Source of the DNA: Octopus sinensis | Lineage: Eukaryota | Reading direction: 5' to 3' | Assembly (NCBI RefSeq): GCF_006345805.1 | Contig: NC_043008.1 | Coordinates: 13,826,001 to 13,890,000, forward strand | DNA length: 64,000 nt | Shown: positions 13,191 through 26,280 of the stretch, piece by piece | How the letters are laid out: each line of letters opens with the position of its first letter | How positions within the stretch are numbered: position 1 is the first letter of the stretch | The notes under the pieces: generated by a model | What the model was told of the DNA's origin: nothing | What the model saw: the letters and a program-made list of their open reading frames with translations, nothing else | Database searches by the model: none | Translations under genes and position numbers: made by a program

Positions 13191-14213
13191 TAAATATTTT
13201 GGGAGAAAGCAAGCGAATGTCTACGACAAGAAAGACAGAAAAAAAACGGAAAAATATTACTCAATTCCAAATACAAACAACAAGAAAATAACAACAGGTG
13301 TTTTTCGACTAACAGAGACAAATCAAGTTGAGCTTGCGTGTGTAGTGAAAGCCTTGAGGCAGGAGCACAGATGAACAGCAGCGTTGAAAATCAAGAGACA
13401 GGAAAAAGAGATGCTTCGCGTCTGGCAGTCGAGCCAGGAAAAGCTTGGTCGAACGCCTGTCACGTGGAAGGAAAGGGGAAAGTTAGGGCGCAGATGGATT
13501 GAAGAATAAGGGGGGAGTACGAGAAAGAGAAAAAGATCAAAGAGACATGGAGAAAGTACAAGGGAGATAAACGACGAAAATAGGCAGATAAAAGAAAGAG
13601 AAGGCCAAGAATTGTCAGAGAGTGGGAACGAGAAAAAGACAGGAGGAAAGAAAGATGTAGGTAGATGTGTTTTAGGTTTTCTTTACCTTTCTATATAATT
13701 ATCAACGGTAGTATATTACTCAAAATACCCTTGGAAATATTTTTGAAAATATGGCTATAGTTAATTTAAAATCCATATTGTATCAATGGAATATCAGTAT
13801 ATATATATAAAACTCTGTAATTATATTTCCAAATTCAAGCATTTAATTGGCAAAATACTGCCCACTTCCCTTGTCGAGAAGAGTTTATCAAAATAGTATT
13901 GTTTACTTGAGTGTCCAAGTCTCGATGAAACAACAACTCAAATTCACTATGGAAATAATAGATACCTTAAATTTACCCAATAACATTATGGTAGCGATAT
14001 TATATCCCGCTATAACAGAAATATATTCTTTCACTTAACAGAAGAAATTTGCCTATTCTGATCTGATTAGTGTATACCCAATACATCAGCTGTGCACCCG
14101 AAGGTGAATATCACTCCTATCCTTGTTTATACTTGTTAAATTAGAGGTGATAGTGGCATTCTGAGCTGAAAGTAATATATTCTTCTATAATCCCATCCTA
14201 TGTAATTACGTTA

Positions 14214-14812
14214 ATGCCCCAAAATACAGATATGCCGACCGGAAAGTACAACCAAAAAAGAACGCTACGTCCTAATCCATGTTATAGTTGTGGGGTCATA
14301 GGCTTCAGAAAACATTGTCCATTTAAAAATTTTTTAAATGTTACAGTTGCAAAAGAACTGGACACAAGAGTTCACACTGCAGAACAAAATTATAAATGTC
14401 AGACCTTAAAAATCCTAGAGTGCTCTCAGTAGAAACACAAATTGACTCACAAATAAGAAAAAAATTTGAAAAAAGTGGGAGAGATGTGGGGAAAGAAAAA
14501 ATAAATTTAACTTTTTCACAGCAGTTGAACTCTCAAAAGGGGAGTATTATCATAAGGGTTGCGACACCTCTTTGCGAGAAATAGAATGGTCGGAGTACAG
14601 CATAGATGGTAACGATCCAAGTGAGTTAAACTTTCAGAGTTCGGCGTCGAGTGAAGTTCGTGTTAGTTCGCAGTGAAGTCTGAAGGTGTCGCTTGGTTCA
14701 TTTACAAGGAATATTGATTGTTTGTTCGTAAAGAGATTTGTTAGTTCATTACATTGTTTTTACTGTTCTCTGGTTATCATATTCTTTGTACGTAACAAAT
14801 TACGTTACAACA
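14214..14812 (+). mobile_element. Gypsy-like LTR retrotransposon relic: gag zinc knuckles, PPT and 3' LTR
   Basis: CYSCGVIGFRKHCPFKNF, then after a frameshift KCYSCKRTGHKSSHC (CX2CX4HX4C, 14339-14380). Purine tract aaaaggggag at 14535-14544. Putative LTR 14545-14812 (tattat...acaaca). Confidence 0.65.
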
Positions 14813-15012
14813 ACCATATGTACCTATACTTCTGGAATATATCTTACTAAACGAATAAGATGGCGTGCATATCAATTTGATTCCAAGAAGCTACACATCA
14901 ACAAAATTCATGGTTACCATGGCTTCAATTCCTATGCAAAACTCTCTCACTTCAATTATAGATCTCTAAGCATCTATAGCTCTCTACATAGCTATGATTT
15001 CCTGTGTTTTAG

Positions 15013-15092
<80 letters not shown>

Positions 15093-15458
15093 GCATATAT
15101 AATTCTCTAGGTATTTATAGTTCTCTACGAATCAATAGCTCTCTATGTCTCACAAAATTCTACGAACTATTTTCCTCTTTCTCTTGTATCTAAGTGCCAC
15201 TTCATGTGTAAATCTCATTTATTCACGTAAATTATTATTTCTCTCCATTGCGTAATGTATTTGACATTTGTCTCTAATGTTCTATTTCTCTATCCTGTTG
15301 AAGTTATACCTTGATTTTAAAAAATTACCGAAAAATTAAAGGAAAAATAAAATTTGAAAATGTTGGTGCTTTGTATTTCAACGCACGCGATAATGCACAT
15401 ACACATGCTTATACACACGCGCACACACACACGAACACACGCACATGCATACACACAA

Positions 15459-15494
<36 letters not shown>

Positions 15495-16331
15495 GCACAT
15501 ATATATATACGCACATACACACACACACACGTATATATAATCAGGCATAAATGTATACATATACATACGAGTTTATACGCTTTTGTTTGTGTGTGTGCGT
15601 GCCTCTGTGTGTGTGAGTGGCTCTGTGTGTATGTGTGTGTGTGTAAAGACTTAGACAAGTGAAAGAGTAAAGCAAAATAGACACAGATAGAAAGAAAGAA
15701 AGAACGAATGACGTGAAGAAAGAATATTTTAAAGGAAGAAAGGAAGTGGGGAAGAAGAAAGCGATGAGGAATCAGAAAGGAAAAAGATAGCGAGAAAAAG
15801 ATGCCAATTCCAACATTTGAATTAGCTACAAAAAGTTTTCAAAGATGTATCGCTACTTTGATATTATATTTCTGATCCAATTACAGTATCCACAGAGTAA
15901 AGTCAGCTGGAATCCATCAACGTTGTTTAGACATTTATTTTACCACTATTGAAAATCAGTTATTCAAATATTAATATTTCACTGAATTCATACAAGATAA
16001 ATCAGTATAATTAAGAAAGCTAATTAATGAAAAGAATCGTCGTTTTCAGCGGAATTCACTGCTAACACATCTGATTTATGACTTCACGGTTTAAAGATTA
16101 TAACCCGTTGTGTAATATTTCCGGTTGATTATTAATGGTTTTGTCCATCTTACCAGGATATGTAATGAAGTATTAATATATTTCAGGTGTAAATACTGTG
16201 TATAAATATCTACACACGCACGCATTTTTATACGAATTACTATCTGTGAGTATTCCTGCCACTATTAGGTTTCTCGAAGTTTGGTATCTGGTTCTGCGAT
16301 GCCTGGTTCTGAAGCCACTGGATTTTCTGCG

Positions 16332-16362
<31 letters not shown>

Positions 16363-16530
16363 GTTATGAGAGGTAACAGTGCCAAGAATACCCAAAGGTG
16401 TCAGGTAATGCTGAGTAAGTGCTATGGATAGACTATAGTTAAGCTCCAGGTTCGGTGATTATGCGAATAAGGAGTTAACGTCAGTCATATATCAGCATGC
16501 GTATGTATAAAGAATTAACAGAATCTAGCC

Positions 16531-16577
16531 AAAACTGTCCGATGAACGGCAACGGGAAACTCAGAGTAACAGGTTTT
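16531..16577 (+). ncRNA. Minimal hammerhead-like motif (CCGAUGA core)
   Basis: aaaactgt-CCGAUGA-acg gcaa cgg-GAAA-ctcaga-GUA-acaggtttt. Same family as the 45748-45903 element. Confidence 0.65.
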
Positions 16578-16837
16578 GTTGAATTTTCTGCTGCTTTAAA
16601 TAAAGTATATATATGCATATATATATAGTTATGCAGAAATAGTATATAATATATGATATAATGATATCTAACCAATGTTAACCATGCTATCTTAAAGATA
16701 CCGTCTTCACACTAGTATATATATATTATATATATATGGTGTGTGTGTGTGCGCGCGTGTGTGTGTTTCTGAGTGTGTATGTACGTCTATGCATATATAC
16801 ATATGTATGTGTGCGTGTGCGTATACATAATATATAT

Positions 16838-16893
<56 letters not shown>

Positions 16894-17301
16894 GTGTGTG
16901 TGTGTGTGTATGTATGATGTATGTATGTATGTATGTATATATATTTATGTATGCATGTCTGTATAGGCATGTGTGTATGTGCACTGTGTGTTTGCTTCCC
17001 ATAAATGAGGGTATGCGTTGAAACACTTTTCTACAGTCATAATGGCTTCTATTCCTACTCAAAAATTATCTATTACCCCTGTTTGTATCTATTTTGATAT
17101 AATTATTGTAGTTAGTGTTTAAATTGTATTTTAAAAACTATGTAAAGTAAATTTATTTAAGTGCACATTAATCCTTTACGTGATTTATGAAAAAAACCTC
17201 ATAATTGCATGCTGATATTTAAAGTGCTACCGTTAAGTATGTAGTATAATTGCAATATTTTAATATTTGAGTTTGTATATAATAGAAATATTAAAATAAC
17301 T

Positions 17302-17640
17302 AAGTCTCTCTAAAAGAGAACAGCGGCAGCGTTCCCGGAACATAATAGCTATCGCCATACTAATATGGCATTCTTATAAAAATAAGAAAAAAGCTGTCCG
17401 CTTATTAGCTCCATGAGGCCATCGCCTTAAGTTAGCTATTTGATACACAAACTGTATCCATATAACCTTCGAACAAGGGAGGTCAGTCGCTCCACACTAC
17501 TTGACCGGCAGCTACAGACGCGTTTCGGAGTATTGCCCCTTTTCAATGCAGCGTAGCCAGCCAGTAGGTGTCGCTTCCGACAATCTCTGTTCGATGGTTT
17601 TATTTACCTAGTTTCGGTGGAATACATCCACTTGTTTTCA
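17302..17640 (-). mobile_element. 339-bp hammerhead-bearing insertion with a 23-bp target-site duplication
   Basis: ataatagaaatattaaaataact at 17279-17301 and 17641-17663. Contains hammerhead-like motifs at 17511-17552 and about 17601-17646. Confidence 0.7.
17511..17552 (-). ncRNA. Minimal hammerhead, U3-A8 core variant
   Basis: gctgca-UUGAAAA-gggg caata ctcc-GAAA-c gc-GUC-tgtagc. Stem I 6 bp, palindromic ACGCGT stem III. Confidence 0.65.
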
Positions 17641-17872
17641 ATAATAGAAATATTAAAATAACTTTGTATAGTTCTTTGGAAATCCCAATATAAGTGCGGT
17701 TTTCATTTTAAGAAGGTATGTTGCCTCGAGTGAGTTTGTTAATGATATTACAGAATTCATGTTTCATAACGCACTACAGCGTGCACAATTGTTATTAAAA
17801 CACCCTTAATTTAGTTTTGAGGAATCATATATATATATATATATATATTTCCGAGGATCTTTCCCAAAAGCC

Positions 17873-17935
17873 AGATAACCGAAGAGATGGTGTTGTGGAT
17901 TTCCACTTCGGCATCTGAAACTCAGAGTTTTATCT
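17873..17935 (+). ncRNA. Degenerate hammerhead-like motif
   Basis: agataa-CCGAAGA-gatg...catc-t-GAAA-ctcaga-GUU-ttatct. Stem I 6 bp; one extra nucleotide before GAAA. Confidence 0.5.
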
Positions 17936-18128
17936 TGACTACCGAGTAATGTAACATATTGTATAGATATATAATATATATATATATGTATATATATATA
18001 TAATTTACAAGATAAGGGCAGAAGAAAAATCCTAATGCCAAATATGCCGAAACAAAAAAATTGTCGATAACCATTAAAATGTATGCGTCTCGAAACAAAC
18101 CGATAGAAATCTCAAAAAATTCGTTATT

Positions 18129-18185
18129 ACCGTACTGGTCCAATTTCGGGGATATTTCATAAGAAATGTTCCCCTTTTCAGCGGC
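18129..18185 (-). ncRNA. Degenerate hammerhead-like motif (C3-A8 mismatch)
   Basis: gccg-CUGAAAA-gggg...cccc-GAAA-ttggacca-GUA-cggt. Confidence 0.5.
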
Positions 18186-18288
18186 AAATACGCGAGATAT
18201 AAATGAAATACTTACTCATACCCATGGCATCTTTTGATATGCTGGCCATTGATAAAATTTTTTTCCCGAAAAAAATGTTATCCTATAT

Positions 18289-18333
<45 letters not shown>

Positions 18334-18823
18334 AAACGATAATAACACGGGGATGGATATGCAATGGCGTTATTAATGCTCTCAATATATCTTGCTGCAT
18401 CCCTCATGTTCTATGTTCATTAGTTAGGATGTTTTCATTTTCATAAGTTGTCATTTAATATTATTCTCAATATCTACGAATCCAGATTAAAACATATTAA
18501 GAATAATCATAAATAATATATTTTGAATATGAAAAATTCTTAACTAATAAACCTATGGAATGCAGAAACATATGTTGTGAGCTTCAATAAAGCCATTTAA
18601 TTTCCATCCACGAATTATCGTTATCATTATGTAAGACGTAATAGCCGACAACGAGCACAGGATCGTTTAAGAGCTATTTCCGAGGATCTTTCCCAAAAGA
18701 CATACACTTACATACACTCTCTCTCTCACACACAGACACACACATTCTCTTCTATCTCTCCCTCCCTCCCCCTTTCCCTCTCTCCCTCTCTCTGTCTCCC
18801 TCTCTTACACACACACTTATGTA

Positions 18824-19669
18824 TACGTGATCTGATCAATAAGTATCCGGAAAGTTTCCATAGTACCGAAGCTAAAGCACGCAGAGTGACGCCGATAAGC
18901 AAAGATTGACCTAAGTTTTAACGTTGTTCATCACTTTTTATGTTTATAGCAGTGCTTGGAAAAAAGGTGTGTGTAGCGTGTGATCGTCTCATTCACCGTG
19001 ACAAAGTTGTCATGTCGTCACCTACTCAGAAGCCTACGCAAAGTTGCAGAAATTGTATGGGGTAGAGTGTTTGAGTCTCACACAAGTGTACGAGAGATTT
19101 AGACATTTCCAAGATGGCCAAAAAATGTCGATATTGACGAATGTTCTGGGAGATCAGGAACTATAAAAACTGAGTGAAACATCGAAGGTGTGCATACGGC
19201 TGTGAGGGGAAATCATCGAATCGCCATCCATGAGTTATCAGAGGATGTGCAGATTAGTTACGGTTCAGTTCCGTCCGTTATCACTAAAGATTTGGTTATG
19301 AGACGGGTGTCTGCCAAATTTGTGCCAAAACGGCTTTTAGTTAACCAAAAACTCACTCGGGTTTCAGTTGCGCAAGCTCTCGTTGATTGTGTAAAAAAAT
19401 TTGAAAAATCTTTCAAAACTTTGCGTAGGCCTCTGACCTGATATTCCCACGCATTTGGCAAAGTTTGATGCAGATTCTCTGCTTAACTTCTTCATGTTCA
19501 ATGCAACGATCACATGCTACACACCTTCCGTCTTAGCACTGTTGTAAACAGCGGAAGCGAGCTAGAACTTTAAAACTTAGTGCGTATGCATAACGGAATC
19601 TATCTGTGCCTAGCGGCTTTACTCTGCAAGTTTTAGCTTCCTAACTATGGCAACAATCCGAATACTTAT
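18824..19669 (+). mobile_element. Internally deleted mariner (Tc1/mariner) relic
   Basis: Left TIR tacgtgatctgatcaataagtatccggaaagtttccatagt after TA; right remnant actatggcaacaatccgaatacttat (19644-19669). Broken frames give KLQKLYGVECLSLTQVYERFRHFQDG and ...ISYGSV...RRVSAKFVPKRL (HTH plus WVPHEL-type linker). No DD34D domain. Confidence 0.85.
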
Positions 19670-19984
19670 ATATATATGCAGAGATAGGGAGAGAAGATCA
19701 GAGAGAGAGTTGCGGTCAAAGGTTTGGAACATAAGTTTGAAAATTAGATTTGAAACATTAGATCACTTGTAGATAGGTATATCTTTATGTTGTTTAAATC
19801 ATACTTGGGCATAACTTCAATTCCTTTTAAATGTTCCAAGCTTTTGGCCACAACTGTATATATATGCATGTTTGTATGTATATGAGTGAAACTGCTTCAG
19901 AAGGATAAATGCGACCCTTTAAAATATTAATTCATGTTCACTCATAATGCTTAAACACTTTGGATTATTAAAAGAATTTACGTC

Positions 19985-20135
19985 TTCCCCTTCTAAGTTC
20001 AAATTCCGCTAAGGTGGACATTTAAATTAATCATTTCTTGGTCGTTAAAATATGTACCAATCGATAACTAGGATTGATGTAATCAACTTATGCACATCCC
20101 ACGAAATTGCTGGCGTGGTGCATGAATTTGAAACC
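19985..20135 (+). mobile_element. Degenerate SINE family B
   Basis: ttctaagttcaaattccgctaaggtggac...atgtaatcaactta. Confidence 0.6.
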
Positions 20136-20824
20136 AATGTTAAGACCTTTTTTTATGAAAAATAAAATGAAGTATTGAATATTCAGTACGCTTTCTTCTT
20201 AACTCCTACGGTAGCTGAATACAATAAGCAAACGTTCTATCTAACACTTAAAAGATATATTTACTGTAGCAATTTCTCATTTTCTGTGATGTTTTGGTGA
20301 GATTATTACAACATATCAATATGAAACAATAGGTTAAGACATGCTTATATTGTACTAGGCTATCATTTAATATTATTGATTCGGATGTTCAAATCATTTT
20401 TCTGTATTCATGTTTCGTCATAGCAAAATATATTAAGAACATATTTGTCATAAACGGAATAGATTTATTGCTACATATTACAAACGTATTTTATATATAT
20501 TCATAATTTTACTCTAGCTTTATTCGGCATTAATTACACGATGAATTTTTGTAACGCTCATTTCATTAAAAGTCAATTTTGCTCTATTTATCAGACAGCA
20601 AAATGATCTTAATATCTGTATAATGTACAAGTTGCATACAATTATTAACCTATACTTCAATAGTAAAGGAAAAATATTATGTATCCGAAAACAGATGTAG
20701 ATGCTTATACAAGACAGAGCGTGTGAGTCATACAAAGCACACGGACGCATAGTATTTGTGTTTGTGCGTATGTATGTGTGTGTGTTGTCTATGTATTCAG
20801 TATGTATATGTGTGTATATGTATA

Positions 20825-21207
20825 GGAGCAGGCATGGCTGTGCGGTAAGAAGCGTCCTCCCAGCTACACGCTTGTGGTTTCCCTTCCACTAAATGGCATC
20901 TTGGGAAATTGTCTACTATTGTTTTGGGAAATTGTCTTGGGAAATTGTCTACTATAAAGCCTTGTCCAGTGGGTATGATAGACGGAAACTGAACAGAGCC
21001 CCTCGTGTGCGTATATATATATATGTATATATGTACATGTGTGTGTGTTTGTCCTCCATCACCGCTTGACGACTGATGTTCATCTCCTGTAACATCGCGG
21101 TTCGGCAAAAGAGAACCAGTAGAATAAGTACTAGTCTTACAAAGAATAAGTCCAGGGGATGATTTCTTCAAGTAAAACACTTTAAGGCGGTGTTGTAAGA
21201 TGGTGGC
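20825..21207 (+). mobile_element. SINE family A, diverged
   Basis: Head ggagcaggcatggctgtgcggtaag and a collinear body. Confidence 0.85.
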
Positions 21208-21260
21208 TATTAGATGAGAGGAAGATATGAAAGAATATATGTATGTGTGTGCTTGTGTGG

Positions 21261-21301
<41 letters not shown>

Positions 21302-22027
21302 TGAGTGTGTGTGTGTATGACATTTGCGTGCAAAAAAGTCTTCAATATGATCCTCGTTCTAAACATATCGCTAGAATAATTACTACGAACTGTTTTTACA
21401 TCTACGTATCATATAGTTTTAAAATATTTATACCATAGCGAACTAAATTCCGAAATCACGTTCCTTTTAGTAATGTTGATCTCATCAGTACCATAAATTA
21501 GTCTAGAGAAATAGTTCAAGGTAGATTAAAATTTCTCAGCTACATATTAAGTATCTTATAAACCTGAAAGCATGTAACTTTATGCTAAATCTAAATATAA
21601 CCTAAATAGATTATTTAGCAGTTAGACTGATTCATCTCAAAACATGAAAATACATGGCAATCTTTTATTTGTGTATGGGTTTGTTGCGTTCAGAAAACCT
21701 ATGTAATCATCATTTCATTCAAAGACGACAGAGCAGGTTTTGCATGGACTCAACTGTTAAATTTGCTGCCGTCGTTAGAATAATCATTATGCTCAATTCA
21801 ACGTATAGGAAAAACGAAAAATAAAGAGCAACATTCATTCGTGAAAGGACGAATGATTTTCTGTTTTCACACATTTTCCTTAAATAACAGGGCATTTATA
21901 AGCGTTGATACATCTGCAGAAAGTCTAATGGCATTGTATGTAGTTACACAGAAACGCAAAGATACACGTACACATACTCGCACGCACGCACACGCTCGGG
22001 CTTGTATATATATATATATATATATAT

Positions 22028-22078
<51 letters not shown>

Positions 22079-22344
22079 CAGGTGGTATTTAAGTTGATAC
22101 ACCAGATTTTAGTACTGGAGTGAGACAGCATTTTCCTTGTCTATCTTCTTAACTTCGTGGAGATCTTAGGTATAATTATACCAAATGTGTCCATCTGTTC
22201 TAATTTAATTAAAAACTATGTCTCTGTGCAGCTGAAGATTGCTCCGCATTTTAAATTGATGTAATGATTGCATTGTTCAATTAAATGGTGTTGAATGAAA
22301 CGATCGTACTGCATTAGCTCTGGATATCCTTGTTGCATATTTTG

Positions 22345-22416
<72 letters not shown>

Positions 22417-22509
22417 TTCTATATATATAAACAACTTTGCATTAATCTTAGGGGATACGCTATATATTTGTAGAGTACAGGTTTATTGTTGAAGAATAAT
22501 ATTGCTGAA

Positions 22510-22552
22510 TAGTGACTTCGAAGTTTCGGCTAGTTAAGCCGCCGTCCGACTA
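22510..22552 (-). ncRNA. Decayed hammerhead-like motif with a perfect palindromic stem III
   Basis: tagt-CGGACGG-c-ggc ttaacta gcc-GAAA-cttcgaa-GUC-acta. ACTTCGAAGT palindrome. Confidence 0.45.
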
Positions 22553-23993
22553 CGGTTCAATCATGACTTACTTCGAAGTCCCTAGTCAGCTATATTCTTG
22601 ATTTAGAATATGTTTGAGAGAGAGACAGACAGAGAGAAAGAGAGAGAGATAGGGAAGAAAGAGAGAGAGAGAGGGAAAAGAGAGAGAGAGAGAGGGAAGA
22701 AAGAGAGAGAGAGAGGGAAGAAAGAGAGAGAGAGAGAGGGAAGAAAGAGAGAGAGAGAGAGGGAAGAAAGAGAGAGAGAGAGAGATCATGCTGAGAGAAG
22801 AAGATTCTGAGAATATACATACGAATTATCCCAACGCAAAATTCGATTAAACTTGCATCAGCACTCATATCTGATAGTATACGTATCTCGAATATTTTCA
22901 CGTCACATCTATTAATATGCAACACTGCTTCTTAGTAGTATTGATTGAAGCAAAAGTAATTACGTGCATCAACAGTGTTTAAACGCTACAAAGTACGTTT
23001 GTCGATTTCTTTTCATTTTAATAACTAGAAAAAGAGATTCAGAATGGATTTTCAATATCAGAAAATTGATTCAATTTTTCTTTTCTTTTCATTATACAAG
23101 TATAGTCAATTAGACACAGAAATATAATACAAAAATAGATAATTGCGCTGAGTAATATACTTGAAAACTATGAATACAAATGTCAACAACACAGAAGAAT
23201 GAGCCATTAGAGGAGAATAAATGACAAACGTATATTTCAAACTAAAGTCAGATAACAGACATAGCAAAAAATGTTAAAGCTAACATTTTTATATTGCAGT
23301 CAATTATGAGTAAAATTAAATATCATTGTTTGATAAATCATTAGTATTTATCACGTCTTGGTTTATTAAATTTTGAGACTGAATGTGGAGAACATAGCTC
23401 AAGAGTTAGCGTCAGAATATCTTTGTTATTGAATATCTTATAATCAGGAAACTAATGATACGATCGTCATTTGTACACTTGCTTTCAGCACTTCCATCTT
23501 CCTCTTTAACTTACGATTTTCGTGAAATATACAGAGTTTAATTTTGCAAGTTTCATCCTATGATTATGGAATTTATCATTCGTTGTCTTTGGATATTTTT
23601 CTTCGCTATTACAAAATCCTCACTGAGTGCTTATCAAATCTGAAATAATTCTGAATACATTCTTGTCAGAAACATAATTAAAAAATTGCCAAACGGTAAT
23701 TCTATACACCCGTCTATGTATTTTTCTTTCTATTCTGTTTTTTTTTTTCATCCAAATTTTGTATAACTCAGAGAATAAATCTGTTGAATTTTACAAGGGT
23801 ACCTCCATTTTGACATTATCTCCCCTTGTCATGTGATGCTTGTTTTAATTGGCATATGGTCTAACGGTGAAAATAATTTTCTTAAATTAATAATTTAATT
23901 TCTGATATGTCATACACCTGTATTTTTCTATGTCTGAAATACATTATCAATTATCAAGGTCACCGTCAGTTATCTCCATCTCGGCATGTATAT

Positions 23994-24041
<48 letters not shown>

Positions 24042-24487
24042 GAGTGTATATATATATATAAAGTGAGAGAGAGAGAAGGAAAGAAATAGAGAACGAGAGA
24101 TTTGTAGCGTAATCATGTGGCTATCAGACGAAGTTCTTCTAACGGATCACATAGTAATTCAATACGGAAGAATATAATGCAGATTTCTATGCATTTGAAA
24201 TCCAGGAAACCTGATCAATAAAATTATTTGAAGAGTGCTATATAAACCATAAATACAAGGAAGTGTGAGAGGTGAATATATTTACTTAACTACTTGTCAA
24301 GTTAACTGATGAAGAGTCGTATTTTATGTTACTTGTCTTCTTTTCCATTTGTTTATCTCGTTGTTCACATACCCAAGTACTGTTGTCGATTTGTTCGACT
24401 AAAGCGGTGCTCCTGCATGGCCGCAGTTAAAGGACTGAAACAAGAAAAAGAAAGAATAAAATATATGTATATATATACTTAGCTATC

Positions 24488-24536
<49 letters not shown>

Positions 24537-24859
24537 CTTACATACATGCATATGGATTAATAGATATATAGAAACACCGACAGACAGAGAGACAGATCGA
24601 TGGACTGATAGAATGTGTTATACACATTTAGACATGCCTGTATGTTAATATATATACAGGAATAGAGCTTTGTGTGTTTGTGTAAACACCACTGTTTGCA
24701 TGTGCTCTTTCTGCGCCTATCTGTGTTTTGGCAGGACTGCTATAAGATATATGGCAGTGGAAAGTTATGAAATACGAGTTACGTGTTCGTTATAGATTAA
24801 GCAATATCTCCAGAATTCACTTCTCACTCCATTCGTATCTTTCTGCCCACAAAGAAACA

Positions 24860-25385
24860 TCCACCATTACACGCCCCTCCATCCTTTTGAGGATGTATAA
24901 TCTATCTACGTTTTTCTTTGGATGTTGCATGCAGTGCAGTGTGAGTGGCTTGTGTGTTTCTCTATCATTTTTACCGATCTTTATGATGGACCATTTTATG
25001 ACGTTCTAACTATAGGTCGTAACACGTATAGCTAAGGTATTGATCATTTCAATCCTGTCTCTCGCATTAAGCTCGCTCTTAATGGAAGCTCTAACTCTAC
25101 AGTAACATTCTTTCCGTGTTTTATTTTTATTGCTTGCGGATTATGAATTCTGGATGCCATCCCATTTAGATACACGCAAATATTTGTTATTTTTTTTAGG
25201 ATCTAATTTCTTGAAAATGGTAGACTTGTCCATCTGCATGTTTTTACATTTCGGGAGTTTTCGCTTGACGGATATAACTTTAGTCCATTTATGAAGCCCG
25301 TATTTCATTCCAATATCGTCACTGAAATGTTCTACTACAGTTAAAATTCGTTCCTGTCGAGAAAAGCTTTACATCATCCAGATTG
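24860..25385 (-). pseudogene. Reverse-transcriptase fragment of an R4/Dong-like non-LTR retrotransposon
   Basis: Broken translation LDDVKLF / HFSDDIGMKYGL...KYL...RKECYCRVRASIKSELNARDRIEMINTLAIRVTTYS...HPKKNVDRLYILKRMEGR. Adjacent to (ATT/AGT/GGT)n. Confidence 0.8.
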
Positions 25386-25606
25386 TTCTGCGTTTTGAAT
25401 TTTGAATTTTGGCGCGAGAAAAATATAGCCTGAAGTACTTTTCATTGGTTATGAAAAAAATAACGACCGTGTGTTCGAGTAGCCAGGGGAAAATTATATA
25501 CTCACAGAGCATAATATAAAGCATAATTACTACTATCATTATTATTATCAATATTGTTGTTATAAATTATAGTTATCATTATTATTATCATTATTATTAT
25601 TATTAT

Positions 25607-25646
<40 letters not shown>

Positions 25647-26280
25647 GGTGGTGGTGGTGTGGTGTGGCTACTGCTGTTTTTACTAGCGCTATTATTACAA
25701 GAGATGCAACCAGCATATTGAGGAGAGTGACGATTTTTAAGGCCTACCGCCATGCAATTTGAGAGACATAGTATATGTATCATCATTTATTTTGTTTATT
25801 TATACATTTATTCTTTATTTTCAAGAGATCTACTCTAGAATACTTGAAAAATCTGTACCGCTTGTATTTCTTCATGGTAACCTCTCAGCACGTTTAATCG
25901 TCGGCTTATCATATTTTCATACGATTTCTAGGAGGCATCCTTCCATATAGACCTACATACATGTAAAGGTTCATAGAGCCACAGATTTATATAATTTTGC
26001 ATAGATTCCCATTATCATATAAACTCAATTTATTCCCAGATGTGTACTTTCCACATTAGAATATTTTGTGTGTTCGTTGTAAGATTTGTTTGCCTCAGGG
26101 CATCATTTTCCTTATCTTGTTCAGCGTCTACTAAAAGGAGCGCCCCTTGTATTGTGCTCATACGTAAATGCATGCTTCTTATATAAATCTTTAAAAATTT
26201 AGTTTCCGATACTGGCAGATGAAATAGACATACAACACTTCTGGTCAAATGAAATAGCTTTAAAATTTGTTAAGAGTATT

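Noticed and set aside
13290-13660. Purine-rich block (and the pyrimidine-rich block at 38105-38470) as solo LTRs
   Set aside because: Only compositional resemblance; I could not align them or find termini or TSDs.
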